Source: Candidatus Poriferisodalaceae bacterium
GTDB lineage: Bacteria > Actinomycetota > Acidimicrobiia > Acidimicrobiales > Poriferisodalaceae
Length of the DNA stretch: 64,000 bases
Assembly (NCBI GenBank): GCA_965247395.1
Contig: OZ252012.1
Span: forward strand, 242,434 to 306,433
Direction: 5' to 3'
Of this stretch, positions 1 to 9,249 are shown in pieces. Made by a program: the position numbers and the translations under genes. Within the stretch, counting starts at the first letter, position 1; each line of letters opens with the position of its first letter. The notes under the pieces were generated by a model. That model searched no databases. It was not told the origin of the DNA and saw only the letters and a list, made by a program, of their open reading frames with translations.

Positions 1-533
1 ACGATCGTGTTGACATCGTTTTCGTCTCCAAAAAAGCGTGTGCGCAGGTCTGTTTCAGACTCAAACGCGACTAATGCGAACCCGTCGTAATGCTCGCCGG
101 ACAAGGTCGCAACGACGCTCAGCTGTGTGTAATCCCACATGCCGGGGTGGTGCTTCAGAGCTAATGGCGCATGAGTGTCACGCCAATGCTTGTCGGCTTG
201 GGCATGTGTTAGCTCCGGATTGTGAATCAACGCAAACACAGCGGTGACACCAGGTGAGGGTTCACCCGGCACAACCTCGATCGGACGTGAGCGAATCACG
301 CGCGAGAACACCACGTAAAGCCCTAGCTCTGCCGCTGGCAAGAGGGTGTCGATGTCGTCGCTCGTCGCTCGCACCAGAGCTTGGAACGGTCGCGCCTCTT
401 CTTCGGCGCCTCCGTCTGTAGGGACGGTATCTTCGCCGCCTCTTTTTCTAGAGGTATAGAGCACGCCGCTAGTTGCCTGAGCTACAGCGTTAGCGGCTTC
501 GATGTCGTTGCTAACAGCAACCAGTTCTTGCAC
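1..533 (-). CDS. EthD-domain-like protein, partial (C-terminus runs off the left edge; start uncertain)
   Basis: Absent from the ORF track because no stop lies inside the window. My translation of the minus strand (codon first bases 533, 530 ... 5) is open from an upstream TAA (complement of 567-569) to position 1. It reads ...VTAVFALIHNPELTHAQADKHWRDTHAPLALKHHPGMWDYTQLSVVATLSGEHYDGFALVAFESETDLRTRFF..., which resembles EthD-family proteins. GTG at 533 is the outermost start; GTGs at 314, 311 and 299 are alternatives. Confidence 0.45.
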   Translation of the reverse strand, partial: MQELVAVSNDIEAANAVAQATSGVLYTSRKRGGEDTVPTDGGAEEEARPFQALVRATSDDIDTLLPAAELGLYVVFSRVIRSRPIEVVPGEPSPGVTAVFALIHNPELTHAQADKHWRDTHAPLALKHHPGMWDYTQLSVVATLSGEHYDGFALVAFESETDLRTRFFGDENDVNTI

Positions 534-538
534 TATCG

Positions 539-1324
539 CTACCGCCCTTCGAACTCGGGGGTGCGCTTATCTAGGAATGCTTGAACGGCTTCTTTGGTGT
601 CGTTGGTTGTGAAGTTCACCGTCTGCGCCAGGCCCTCGCTCTCTAGGGCGGTAGCAAAATCGGCGCTGGCGTTCATGGTGAGCAGGCGTTTAGTCATGGC
701 TAGTGCCAGTGGCGGACCAGCCGCTAAGCGATTAGCCCAGTCGGCGACCTCGTCATCAAAGCGGTCGCTAGGAATGACTGCGTTTACAAATCCAAAATCT
801 TGGGCCGTTTTGGCGTCTATCACGTCTCCAAAAAATGCCAACTCCTTGGCGCGGTGCAAACCGATAAGGCGAGGCAAGATCCAGGTGCCGCCGAAGTCAA
901 CGGAGAGACCGCGTTGAGCGAATATCTCACTGAATCGAGCCTGATCGGATGCCAAGATCAGGTCGCACGCCAACGCCATGTTCATCCCGGCCCCTGCAGC
1001 TACCCCGTTTACCTTGGCGATCACTGGAACCATGATCGAGTACAGCCCAGACAAGGTCTGGTGAATGACGTTCATGGATTGCAGCTGGTGCATCTTGGGG
1101 CTTTCACCAGCCAGGTCGGCCCCGCTACAGAAAGCGTCACCGGCGCCGGTCATCACTACGCAGCGCACGTCGGGGTCCGCTCCTAGTTCGCTCCAGGTTT
1201 CACGTAGCTCACGCCACATCACAAAATTGGCAGCGTTCTTGCGTTCGGGTCGATTCATCGTGACCGTTACGACACCGTTGTCGGCCGCATCGATTATCAG
1301 AGTTTCAAGAGTTTTGGATTCCAT
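539..1324 (-). CDS. enoyl-CoA hydratase/isomerase (crotonase family)
   Basis: 261-aa ORF with crotonase hallmarks (VVMTGAGDAFCSGADL, GGTWILPRLIG). Confidence 0.9.
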   Translation of the reverse strand: MESKTLETLIIDAADNGVVTVTMNRPERKNAANFVMWRELRETWSELGADPDVRCVVMTGAGDAFCSGADLAGESPKMHQLQSMNVIHQTLSGLYSIMVPVIAKVNGVAAGAGMNMALACDLILASDQARFSEIFAQRGLSVDFGGTWILPRLIGLHRAKELAFFGDVIDAKTAQDFGFVNAVIPSDRFDDEVADWANRLAAGPPLALAMTKRLLTMNASADFATALESEGLAQTVNFTTNDTKEAVQAFLDKRTPEFEGR

Positions 1325-1359
1325 ACCGCGACAATAGTTAGGTAGCTAGGCGCATTGCC

Positions 1360-2556
1360 TCAAATTCGCCCGAGGTCTAGATCCAAACTGCCACGGGCGA
1401 TGTTGGCGTACAGCACATCTGTAGGGCCTTCGACCAGGCGAAACGACCGTACCCGCCGTAAAATTTCGCTGAGTGCGTGAGTGTTGGCCAGTGCCTGACC
1501 GCCCATTATCTGCACCGCCTCATCGACCAGCTGTCCAACGGTCTCGGTTGCGATGGCTTTAGCTGCCATCACCTCATTGACGGAGTTTTCGCCAGCATCA
1601 ATTATGCGAGCGGTTCGATAAACGGCGCTTCGGGCTGCATAGGCGCTTACACGCAGCGCACCGAGTTTGCTGCGTGCGGTTTCGTGGCCTGCGATTGAAC
1701 CGGTTTTTCCGGAAGATGCCTTAGCTGAGTGCCTGCCTAGATGCTGTTCAACCAGGTCAATCACGAATGCGCACAAACCCACGCTGTTAGCGGCCAGCGC
1801 CATTCGAACGCCGCTTATCTGGCTAAGTGCGCGTCCCATGCCTTTGCCGGGTTGGCCGAGCACGTGGCTAGTTGGCACACGAACATCGGTAAAGGCGAAC
1901 GCAGCGTGATGGCTGCCATCAAGCGAGCCAAACCGTCGCACCAACTTCACGCCCGGACGGTCGGTTTCAATGAACACCATTGCGGGGCCGCTGTTTTCAA
2001 CTTCCACCAGCGTGTTGATGAAGTGGGCATCAGCGCCACCGGTTACATAGGACTTTTGCCCATTCACCACCAACTCGTCACCCTCGGTTCGCGCCCAGGT
2101 TGAGCGAGTCGCGTCAGCGGGCTCGGTAAAGCCGAAGCTGCCGCGTAACTCGCCCGACAGATACTTCGACAACATCTTCGTGCGCAATGGTTCGCTGGCC
2201 CCTGATAGCAAGGTGGGAGCGGGCCCGAAGATGCCTGCCAAATGCCCGACATTGCGCCGGCTAAGAGCGTCTCGCACTATCACCAGGTCCAGAGCGGGTG
2301 TGGCGCCTGAGGTTGGGTTTTCTTGGTCTGAGACTGGAACTGTGTCTTGTTGCGTTAAATCCCAGATGCCAGCTTCCTTGGATGCGGCCATGATGGCGAT
2401 GTACAGATCGGCCGCGGTTCCATCATCCTCTGGCTCTTCGGCACCAGGCTGGCCAGCTTCTGGCGGCTGGGCCTTGACTAGCTCCGTGATCCGCTGCGCA
2501 AGCGATTCTGCGCGATCGCGTAGAATCGCTTGATCAGGATTTAGAAAATCAGGCAC
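1360..2556 (-). CDS. acyl-CoA dehydrogenase family protein
   Basis: 398-aa ORF with ACAD-like motifs (GFTEPADATRS, NGQKSYVTGG, C-terminal helical domain). GTG start lies only 13 nt downstream of the tmRNA 3' end, so the start is somewhat uncertain. Confidence 0.8.
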   Translation of the reverse strand: MPDFLNPDQAILRDRAESLAQRITELVKAQPPEAGQPGAEEPEDDGTAADLYIAIMAASKEAGIWDLTQQDTVPVSDQENPTSGATPALDLVIVRDALSRRNVGHLAGIFGPAPTLLSGASEPLRTKMLSKYLSGELRGSFGFTEPADATRSTWARTEGDELVVNGQKSYVTGGADAHFINTLVEVENSGPAMVFIETDRPGVKLVRRFGSLDGSHHAAFAFTDVRVPTSHVLGQPGKGMGRALSQISGVRMALAANSVGLCAFVIDLVEQHLGRHSAKASSGKTGSIAGHETARSKLGALRVSAYAARSAVYRTARIIDAGENSVNEVMAAKAIATETVGQLVDEAVQIMGGQALANTHALSEILRRVRSFRLVEGPTDVLYANIARGSLDLDLGRI

Positions 2557-2569
2557 AGCAGACCCGTAA

Positions 2570-2933
2570 TGGTGGAGGTGGCGGGAATCGAACCCGCGTC
2601 CTTCAACGTTTCAATGAGTCTTCTCCGAGCGCAGTCGCTAAAAAATTGTTGGGCACAGGCAAGTTAACGACACCCAACCTGCGCCTTAGTTAGACGTTTT
2701 GTGTCCCCAGCACCCCATCAACAAAGGTGTTGAGCAAGCTTCGCAGTTGATGGCACCGGTACCCGCGAAGCAGGGGCACTCAGGCCGACTCACTACTTAG
2801 AAACTAAGCGGCGAGCGCCAGGTCGACTGTGTTGTCGTTGGCGTTTGTAGTTGTTCCGGCTCTTTAACGTGGCTCCGGAGACCACGGCTCGCTTCATTCA
2901 CTTCAACCGTCAAAGTCAATACCGATCACCCCC
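2570..2933 (-). ncRNA. ssrA: tmRNA (SsrA), 364 nt
   Basis: The reverse complement starts GGGGGTGATCGGTATTGACTTTGACGG and ends with a tRNA-like T-arm and acceptor GCGGGTTCGATTCCCGCCACCTCCACCA. An internal tag ORF (complement of 2804-2842) reads GCC AAC GAC AAC ACA GTC GAC CTG GCG CTC GCC GCT TAG = ANDNTVDLALAA*. It lies directly downstream of smpB. Confidence 0.9.
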
Positions 2934-3091
2934 GTAGTTGATAAGTCAGTTTTAAACAGCAAAAAAGAGCATCCGCTCTGAATTACCGCAGACGCAACTG
3001 TACCGGTAAGGCACCTAAAACCTCTAGAGCCCCTAGTAACAGACCCGATTCTGTGGCAGAACTGTTACAGAACTGCTACCCGGGGAGCCAG

Positions 3092-3568
3092 TTAGCGGCG
3101 TCGATACCGCAATGCACGCTCGGCTTCACGATCACTTTCGCGTTTGCGTAGTGCTTGCCGCTTGTCGTATAGACGCCTGCTCTTGGCTAGAGCCAGCTCC
3201 ACTTTGGCGAAACCATTTACGAAGTACAGCGAAAGCGGAATGAGCTGCAGGCGCTCCCGTTCCACACGCGCGCGCAGCCGGTCAATTTCGGCGCGCTGCA
3301 ACAACAGCTTGCGTGGCCGGTCAACCACGTGAGCATCGTGCGCGGCCGCATGGCTCCACGGTGCGATATGCAGCCCCATTAGCCACATTTCATTGCGACG
3401 GACTACCGCGTATGCCTCATCCATCTGCACATTGCGAGCCCGTATTGATTTCACCTCTGTACCGCGCAGAACTATTCCGCATTCAAACGTGTCAAGCACG
3501 TCATAGTTCGCACGAGCGCGGCGATTGCTAGCCACCACCATGCGCTCAGTTGCTTGACTGGGTGGCAC
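3092..3568 (-). CDS. smpB: SsrA-binding protein SmpB
   Basis: 158-aa ORF with SmpB signature (ASNRRARANYDVLDTFECGIVLRGTEVKSIR ... basic C-terminal tail). Adjacent to the tmRNA. The ATG at 3541 is an alternative start. Confidence 0.9.
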   Translation of the reverse strand: MPPSQATERMVVASNRRARANYDVLDTFECGIVLRGTEVKSIRARNVQMDEAYAVVRRNEMWLMGLHIAPWSHAAAHDAHVVDRPRKLLLQRAEIDRLRARVERERLQLIPLSLYFVNGFAKVELALAKSRRLYDKRQALRKRESDREAERALRYRRR

Positions 3569-3647
3569 CCTTGCGAGGGTACCTGGGGCGATTTTGGAAA
3601 GTCCGCCTTAGCCTTGTGAGTAATCAGTGCTTGTTCAGGAGAGATTG

Positions 3648-3926
3648 ATGTCTGTAACAGTTCGACTGCCAACGGTGCTGCGACCGCACGCCAATGGAAA
3701 GTCAACCGTCGATGTTGAGGCGTCGACGGTGTTGGAGGCAGTAGACAACTTGATCGAGCAGTTCCCCGGGATCAAATCAAATCTGCTGAATGATGACGGC
3801 AGCCTGCACCGTTTCGTCAATGTCTATGTCAACGACGAAGATGTCAGATACCTAGAGCAGATGGATACCCCGGTAGCCACGGGAGATGAGCTGTCGATAC
3901 TGCCTGCCGTAGCAGGCGGAAAATAA
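3648..3926 (+). CDS. cysO: MoaD/ThiS-family sulfur-carrier protein (CysO-like)
   Basis: Small ubiquitin-fold protein (MSVTVRLPTVLR...LSILPAVAGGK) immediately upstream of cysM. The ATG at 3648 is preceded by AGGAGAG. The ORF-track start at 3627 is less likely. Confidence 0.75.
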   Translation: MSVTVRLPTVLRPHANGKSTVDVEASTVLEAVDNLIEQFPGIKSNLLNDDGSLHRFVNVYVNDEDVRYLEQMDTPVATGDELSILPAVAGGK

Positions 3927-3952
3927 CTCGGTCATTTCAACAAACTGGCTGA

Positions 3953-4903
3953 ATGACCGCGTATCGCAATATAGAGGAGTTAATCGGCAACACTCCGATG
4001 CTTGATGTGAGCGCGCTAAGCCCAAATCCTGAAGTTGAAATCTGGGCGAAGCTGGAAGGACACAATCCGACCGGTTCGGTGAAAGATCGCATTGCTTTAG
4101 CGATGGTGAACAAAGCCGAAAATGAAGGCCGCCTCAAGCCAGGGTCAATCATTTTGGAGCCGTCATCAGGCAACACCGGGATCTCTCTAGCGCTGATTGC
4201 ACGTCGGCGTGGGTATCAGCTGAAAGTAGTGCTGCCAGAGAATGTGTCACCCGAGCGCCAGCAAATGCTGCAGGCCTTTGGAGTCGAGACCATCACCAGC
4301 CCGGGTGAGCAGGGCTCAAACGGCGCGGTGCGTATGGCGCAGGAGCTGGCCGCCGAGCACGATGATTGGGTGATGCTGTTTCAGTACGGCAACGCTGATA
4401 ATCCTCAGGCGCATTACGACACCACCGGCCCAGAGATCCTGACCGACGTTCCGCAGATCACACACTTTGTTGCGTGCTTGGGTACCAGTGGCACGTTGCT
4501 GGGTGCCGGCCGCTATCTGCGAGAGCACAAGTCCAAAGTTGAGATTTGGGCGATAGAGCCACCAGCGGGAGAACGTGTGGAAGGGCTTCGCAACCTGTCA
4601 GAAGGGTTCGTGCCACCAGTGTTTGACGAGTGGAACGGGCTCGAGCTGCTTGACCGCAAGATGATCGTGCGTCAGCGAGAAAGCATTGAGGGCACGCGAG
4701 AATTGCTCAATAAAACCGGGGTGTTCGCCGGCATCTCGTCTGGGGCTGCGCTGGCTGGCGCTCGCAAGGCCGCCGAACAGATCGAAAGCGGTGCGGTGGT
4801 GTTTGTGGCAAGCGACCACGGCTGGAAATACCTGTCAACAAACGCTTGGGACGATGACTTAGACACAGCGGTGCAACGTCTAGGTGATGTGATCTACTTC
4901 TGA
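3953..4903 (+). CDS. cysM: PLP-dependent cysteine synthase (CysM/CysK family)
   Basis: 316 aa. Contains the PLP-lysine motif NPTGSVKDR and the SSGNTG loop. Coupled to the cysO-like gene as in the mycobacterial cysO-cysM arrangement. Confidence 0.9.
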   Translation: MTAYRNIEELIGNTPMLDVSALSPNPEVEIWAKLEGHNPTGSVKDRIALAMVNKAENEGRLKPGSIILEPSSGNTGISLALIARRRGYQLKVVLPENVSPERQQMLQAFGVETITSPGEQGSNGAVRMAQELAAEHDDWVMLFQYGNADNPQAHYDTTGPEILTDVPQITHFVACLGTSGTLLGAGRYLREHKSKVEIWAIEPPAGERVEGLRNLSEGFVPPVFDEWNGLELLDRKMIVRQRESIEGTRELLNKTGVFAGISSGAALAGARKAAEQIESGAVVFVASDHGWKYLSTNAWDDDLDTAVQRLGDVIYF

Positions 4904-4969
4904 TGGCCTTGATCTTTGTGACCGTCGCAAGGTCTAGCCTCAATACATGGCCGTGGAACTGCTAGCGCT

Positions 4970-5710
4970 GTGAGTGGGCTTTCCGTCAAGGTTCTGGGGT
5001 GTTCGGGCAGCTACTCCTCGCCGGGAGACGCTTGCAGCGGTTACCTGGTGTGCAACGACTCCACCACCATCTGGGTTGACTGCGGTCCAGGCACTTTGTC
5101 CAATCTGCAAAAAGACGTTTCTTTGGGCGACTTGGATGCCATCGTCATATCACACCATCATCCCGACCATTGCGCCGAGTTGCCTGTGGTTTACAACGCT
5201 GCTAGGTACTACTTAGGCATTGATCAGATACGGGTGGTGACCACTGAGGATGTGCGACAAGTAACTGAGGCCTTCCAAAACGGTGGGGACACCAACGATT
5301 TGTTTAATTGGCAGATTGTCAAAGGTGGTGACACCGTCCAGGTGGGCGACATCAGCATTCGTTTTTCACAGACGGACCATCCGGTAGAGACGTTGGCGAT
5401 GCGTTTTGACGACGGAGAAAGCTCGGTGGTTTACACATCTGATACTGGCGTAAACTGGTCGCTGTCTGAGTTGGGAACTGAGCCAGATTTGGTTGTCGGG
5501 GAGGGCACATTCTTGGCTGCCAACAACAGCATTGGCCCGCACGTGACCTGTGAATGGATAGCCAATGAGGCCAACGCGGTGGGCGCAAAACAGCTGGTGG
5601 TTACTCATGTTCCGCCAGGGTCGGACCCGGCCGATCACTTGACGGAGGCCGCAGCAGTTTTTGCTGGATCGGTGTCAGTGGCCACCGAAGGAGCCGTGTA
5701 CCAGGTTTGA
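4970..5710 (+). CDS. MBL-fold metallo-hydrolase
   Basis: 246 aa with the HHHPDH metal-binding motif. It sits between cysM and rph, matching the mycobacterial Rv1339 locus, whose product is an MBL-type cyclic-nucleotide phosphodiesterase; that link is inference from synteny only. Confidence 0.75.
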   Translation: MSGLSVKVLGCSGSYSSPGDACSGYLVCNDSTTIWVDCGPGTLSNLQKDVSLGDLDAIVISHHHPDHCAELPVVYNAARYYLGIDQIRVVTTEDVRQVTEAFQNGGDTNDLFNWQIVKGGDTVQVGDISIRFSQTDHPVETLAMRFDDGESSVVYTSDTGVNWSLSELGTEPDLVVGEGTFLAANNSIGPHVTCEWIANEANAVGAKQLVVTHVPPGSDPADHLTEAAAVFAGSVSVATEGAVYQV

Positions 5711-5762
5711 TGGCCCCGATATTTATTGCCCTGCTACAACAACTCGTTTAGAAAAAGCAACA

Positions 5763-6509
5763 ATGCAAGAAGCAATACGCCCCGATGGCCGCGCTGCCGA
5801 TGAGCTGCGGCCAATCACTTTCGAGCGTTATTACACAAAGCAAACGCCCGGTTCTGTGCTGACGCGCTTTGGCGACACGACGGTGCTATGCACCGCTTCA
5901 GTAAACGACAACGTGCCCCGATGGATGAAAGATCTTGATCCACCACGCGGCTGGGTTACCGCGGAGTATTCGATGCTGCCAGGTTCAAGCCCTGAGCGAG
6001 TACGGCGCGAATCCAAAGCGGGCAAGCAGAAAGGCCGCACTCTGGAAATTGAGCGGCTTATTGCGCGTTCATTACGAGCGGTGTGTGACCTTGAGAAATT
6101 AGGTGCGCGAGAGATAACTGTTGATTGTGATGTGCTGCAAGCCGATGGCGGAACCCGTACCGCATCAATCTGTGGCGGTTGGGTGGCTCTACACGACGCA
6201 TGCATCGATCTGCTCAATCGTGGCCAGATTGAGCACTATCCCATTACTGATGCTTGTGCGGCGGTGTCGGTTGGGGTAGTGGGCGGGGCTTCGGTGCTGG
6301 ACCTGCCCTACGTTGAAGACTCTCGGGCCGAAGTCGACATGAATGTGGTGATGACCGGTATGGGCCGCTTCGTTGAAGTGCAGGGCACCGCTGAGGGTGA
6401 CCCGTTTAGCGATGAAGAACTGTCAGCAATGCTGGAGTTGGCGCGAGGCGCAATAGCGGAGATTGTTCAGCTACAGCGCGCGGTGATCGCTGAAGAACGA
6501 CCGGCATAA
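5763..6509 (+). CDS. rph: ribonuclease PH
   Basis: Conserved RNase PH N-terminus [22 protein letters not shown] begins at ATG 5763. The 34 upstream residues in the ORF track overlap the MBL gene and look spurious. Confidence 0.9.
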   Translation: MQEAIRPDGRAADELRPITFERYYTKQTPGSVLTRFGDTTVLCTASVNDNVPRWMKDLDPPRGWVTAEYSMLPGSSPERVRRESKAGKQKGRTLEIERLIARSLRAVCDLEKLGAREITVDCDVLQADGGTRTASICGGWVALHDACIDLLNRGQIEHYPITDACAAVSVGVVGGASVLDLPYVEDSRAEVDMNVVMTGMGRFVEVQGTAEGDPFSDEELSAMLELARGAIAEIVQLQRAVIAEERPA

Positions 6510-6635
6510 ACCTAAACACTGGTCATGTCTTTTGGCCGGTGGAGCGTCCCTGAAGGCTCGCTAGATGCTCACCTTTCCAGAGACACTCCACCACCCAAAA
6601 GTGCTAGCTCTTGTACCATCTCTTACGCTGCGGCG

Positions 6636-7292
6636 ATGAGGTTGGTGATCGCGTCCACCAACCCGCATAAAGCCGTTGAGATGGAGCAAGTGCTAACCGA
6701 GGTGCTCGCTGCCAGAGGGGCGACTGCCGGTGCAATCTCTGTGCTCCACCCACCTTCTGATTACATCGGCGCAATAGAAGACGGCGACACGCTGGAAGAC
6801 AACGCTCGCATCAAGGCCCAAGCCTGCTTCGCAGCAACAGGTGAAGCGTCTGTTGCCGACGACACGGGCCTAGAGGTTGACGCGTTAGGGGGAGCACCGG
6901 GAGTACGCACGGCCAGATATGCAAGCGAAACCGCAACCGACGCACAAAACAGGCAAAAGTTGCTAGCGGAGCTGAAGGACATCTCTCCTGAGCAGCGCAG
7001 CGCAAGGTTCCGCACAGTGGTGGTAGTGAGGCTGCCTGAAGATCCTGACAAGAACAACGCTGTCGAGAGCGCTGCCAGGGGCATTGAGTTGGTTGCGCAA
7101 GGCCATGTTGAGGGAACGATCACTACCTCGGAGCGAGGCACCGGCGGATTTGGATACGACTCGCTGTTTGTACCGACCGAGAGTAACGGACGAACGTTTG
7201 CGGAGATGACCTCGGTTGACAAGCACACCATTAGTCATCGCGGGCGAGCGTTACGAGCAATGGCAGTTCAGCTAGCTGAGCACCGTTGGTAG
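6636..7292 (+). CDS. rdgB: non-canonical purine NTP pyrophosphatase (RdgB/HAM1)
   Basis: MRLVIASTNPHKAVEM... starts at ATG 6636. Contains the GFGYDSLF and ISHRGRA motifs. Follows the classic rph-rdgB pairing. Confidence 0.9.
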   Translation: MRLVIASTNPHKAVEMEQVLTEVLAARGATAGAISVLHPPSDYIGAIEDGDTLEDNARIKAQACFAATGEASVADDTGLEVDALGGAPGVRTARYASETATDAQNRQKLLAELKDISPEQRSARFRTVVVVRLPEDPDKNNAVESAARGIELVAQGHVEGTITTSERGTGGFGYDSLFVPTESNGRTFAEMTSVDKHTISHRGRALRAMAVQLAEHRW

Positions 7293-7304
7293 CCTGCCCA
7301 AGCA

Positions 7305-7946
7305 ATGCCGACCACACAGCCGATAATTCCCGCGAGCAGCCCAGTTATTGCTCCCGCCTCAGCAAATCCGCAGGCTTTTAGCTCCGGTAATCAACCAGGA
7401 CCAGCGGAGATTTACAACCGCCTACTGAACGACCGGATCTTGTTCTTGGGCACCGAAGTTGACGACGAGGTCGCCAACATCACGTGCGCACAGATGCTGT
7501 TTTTGGAAGGGCAAGATCACATCAAGGACATCTGGCTATACATCAACAGCCCAGGTGGGTCGGTTACCTCCGGCATGGCGATCTACGACACGATGCAGTT
7601 CGTTACCTGTGACGTGGCCACGGTGTGCCTGGGACTTGGGGCATCGATGGGTCAGTTCTTGCTAACCGCTGGCGCACCTGGCAAGCGGTACTGCCTGCCA
7701 CACGCCCGAGTGTTGATGCACCAGCCGTCGGGCGAAGTGCAAGGCCAGGCCGCTGACATTGCGATCCAGGCCGAGCAGATGGGCTACATCAAGCAGCTAA
7801 TGGCAGACCGCATCGCGTTTCACAGCGGACAAAGCGTGGAACAAATTCAGGAAGACTCCGAACGCGACCGCTGGTTCACCGCAAAAGAGGCCAAGGAATA
7901 TGGCCTGTGTGACCATGTGATCATCAAGCGAGGCGAACTCTCTTAG
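7305..7946 (+). CDS. clpP: ATP-dependent Clp protease proteolytic subunit, stand-alone paralog with a ~35-aa N-terminal extension
   Basis: 213 aa. Ser-His-Asp context is present (GLGASMGQ, LMHQP, SERDRWF). Confidence 0.85.
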   Translation: MPTTQPIIPASSPVIAPASANPQAFSSGNQPGPAEIYNRLLNDRILFLGTEVDDEVANITCAQMLFLEGQDHIKDIWLYINSPGGSVTSGMAIYDTMQFVTCDVATVCLGLGASMGQFLLTAGAPGKRYCLPHARVLMHQPSGEVQGQAADIAIQAEQMGYIKQLMADRIAFHSGQSVEQIQEDSERDRWFTAKEAKEYGLCDHVIIKRGELS

Positions 7947-7975
7947 TAGTTCCTGGCTATTTGCTCCAATTAGTT

Positions 7976-8461
7976 CTAGCTACCTGGTGCAGGGGTGCAC
8001 CTACGAGTTACGTAGGCGTTGTAGCGGTTAACAGCTCCAGGTAACACATCTTCGTACGGTGCCTGCGCTTCAAGCAGAGCCGCCGCTCGCTCAAACTGCT
8101 CGCGCGAGTTGGTCTCGCGCGCTACCTGCTCTAAGGCCGCAGTTAGACCCGCTAGCACAGCCACATCGGCTCGAATTTCGTCAGGAGAGACAGCCAGTAC
8201 ATCGTTGAACTTGCTGGAGATCCTCTGCAGTTCGGCCCGCACGGCAGGATCGTCGGAGGCCGAAGTGTTCAGGCTTTGTACGTCAGCGCTTTCCAGGCTG
8301 GCAACCTCTTCGCAAAACCGCTCAATCGAAGCGCCTCCGCAGCTAGCCGCAAGCCAGCCTGTTACAAGCAATGCCGCCGCTACGCCAACAAGGCTGCGAG
8401 AGTTGCGTGAAAAGTAGCGGCGGAGATGGGCGTTGTACGCAGCCGCTAAAAAGTGGGTCAA
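7976..8461 (-). CDS. hypothetical protein, probable lipoprotein or secreted
   Basis: 161-aa ORF with a hydrophobic N-terminal segment ending LAASCGG (lipobox-like). Its start overlaps the rpe stop by 4 nt. I recognise no family. Confidence 0.5.
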   Translation of the reverse strand: MTHFLAAAYNAHLRRYFSRNSRSLVGVAAALLVTGWLAASCGGASIERFCEEVASLESADVQSLNTSASDDPAVRAELQRISSKFNDVLAVSPDEIRADVAVLAGLTAALEQVARETNSREQFERAAALLEAQAPYEDVLPGAVNRYNAYVTRRCTPAPGS

Positions 8462-9249
8462 GTACCAGCCTGAGCCGACTGCGCAAGCTGACGTAACTCC
8501 GATACGGCTGCGGCTTGACCGCCTGGGTGTGCATACAAGGCGCTGCCGGAGACTAAGACGTTGGCACCGGCCTTGGCCGCTGCGCCGACGGTGTTAGCGG
8601 AGATGCCGCCATCAACTTCGATGTCCACGTCTAAGCCGCCTTGCGCTATGGCGTTGCGCAGTGCGGTGACCTTTGGCTCGGCCGCAGCGATGTAGCTCTG
8701 GCCGCCGAAGCCGGGGTTGACGGTCATCACCAACACCATGCTGACTAGATCTAACACTCCCAAAATATTTGTAACAGCGGTAGCGGGGTTTATGGCAACC
8801 GCAGGCTTAGCTCCCAGCTCAGCGATCTTGGAAAGAGTGCGGTGAAGATGTGTGCACGTCTCGCTGTGGACGATCACGATCTCGCAACCTGCCTGCACGT
8901 ATCTATCCAGCAATTTTTCTGGCTCGACCACCATCAGGTGAGCTTCAAACGGAACCGCGCTGTGAGAACGACAAGCGGCGATGACATCCGGGCCAAATGT
9001 CAGGTTCGGCACGAACACTCCGTCCATCACATCCCACTGGATGCGGTCAACGCCCGCTTTCGTAAGAGCCTCGCATTCTTCGCCCAAGCGAGCGAAGTCT
9101 GCCGGCAGAACCGAGGGAACTATTTCTATTTTTCGTGGATGCCAAGTTGGGCTGGCGCTCCCAGTCGGGCGCTTGGAAGAGTTCGCCGCAGCGTCGCTCA
9201 GCTGAGACGCTCCACGATCATCGCCATGCCCTGGCCGCCACCAACGCAC
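8458..9249 (-). CDS. rpe: ribulose-phosphate 3-epimerase
   Basis: Motifs IVPSVLPADF, DVMDGVFVPNLTFG, HLMV, VMTVNPGFGGQ and VDGG. The only canonical in-frame start upstream of the conserved core is GTG 9249, which gives a 40-aa extension overlapping the thiolase gene. Confidence 0.85.
   Translation of the reverse strand: MRWWRPGHGDDRGASQLSDAAANSSKRPTGSASPTWHPRKIEIVPSVLPADFARLGEECEALTKAGVDRIQWDVMDGVFVPNLTFGPDVIAACRSHSAVPFEAHLMVVEPEKLLDRYVQAGCEIVIVHSETCTHLHRTLSKIAELGAKPAVAINPATAVTNILGVLDLVSMVLVMTVNPGFGGQSYIAAAEPKVTALRNAIAQGGLDVDIEVDGGISANTVGAAAKAGANVLVSGSALYAHPGGQAAAVSELRQLAQSAQAGT

Noticed and set aside
6507-6527. The rph and rdgB ORFs are in the same frame and only 15 nt apart: another read-through or recoding event like the TGA at 25786?
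   Set aside because: The intervening stop is TAA, not TGA. Both proteins are complete, independent, well-known families, and rdgB has its own conserved start at 6636. The shared frame is coincidental.
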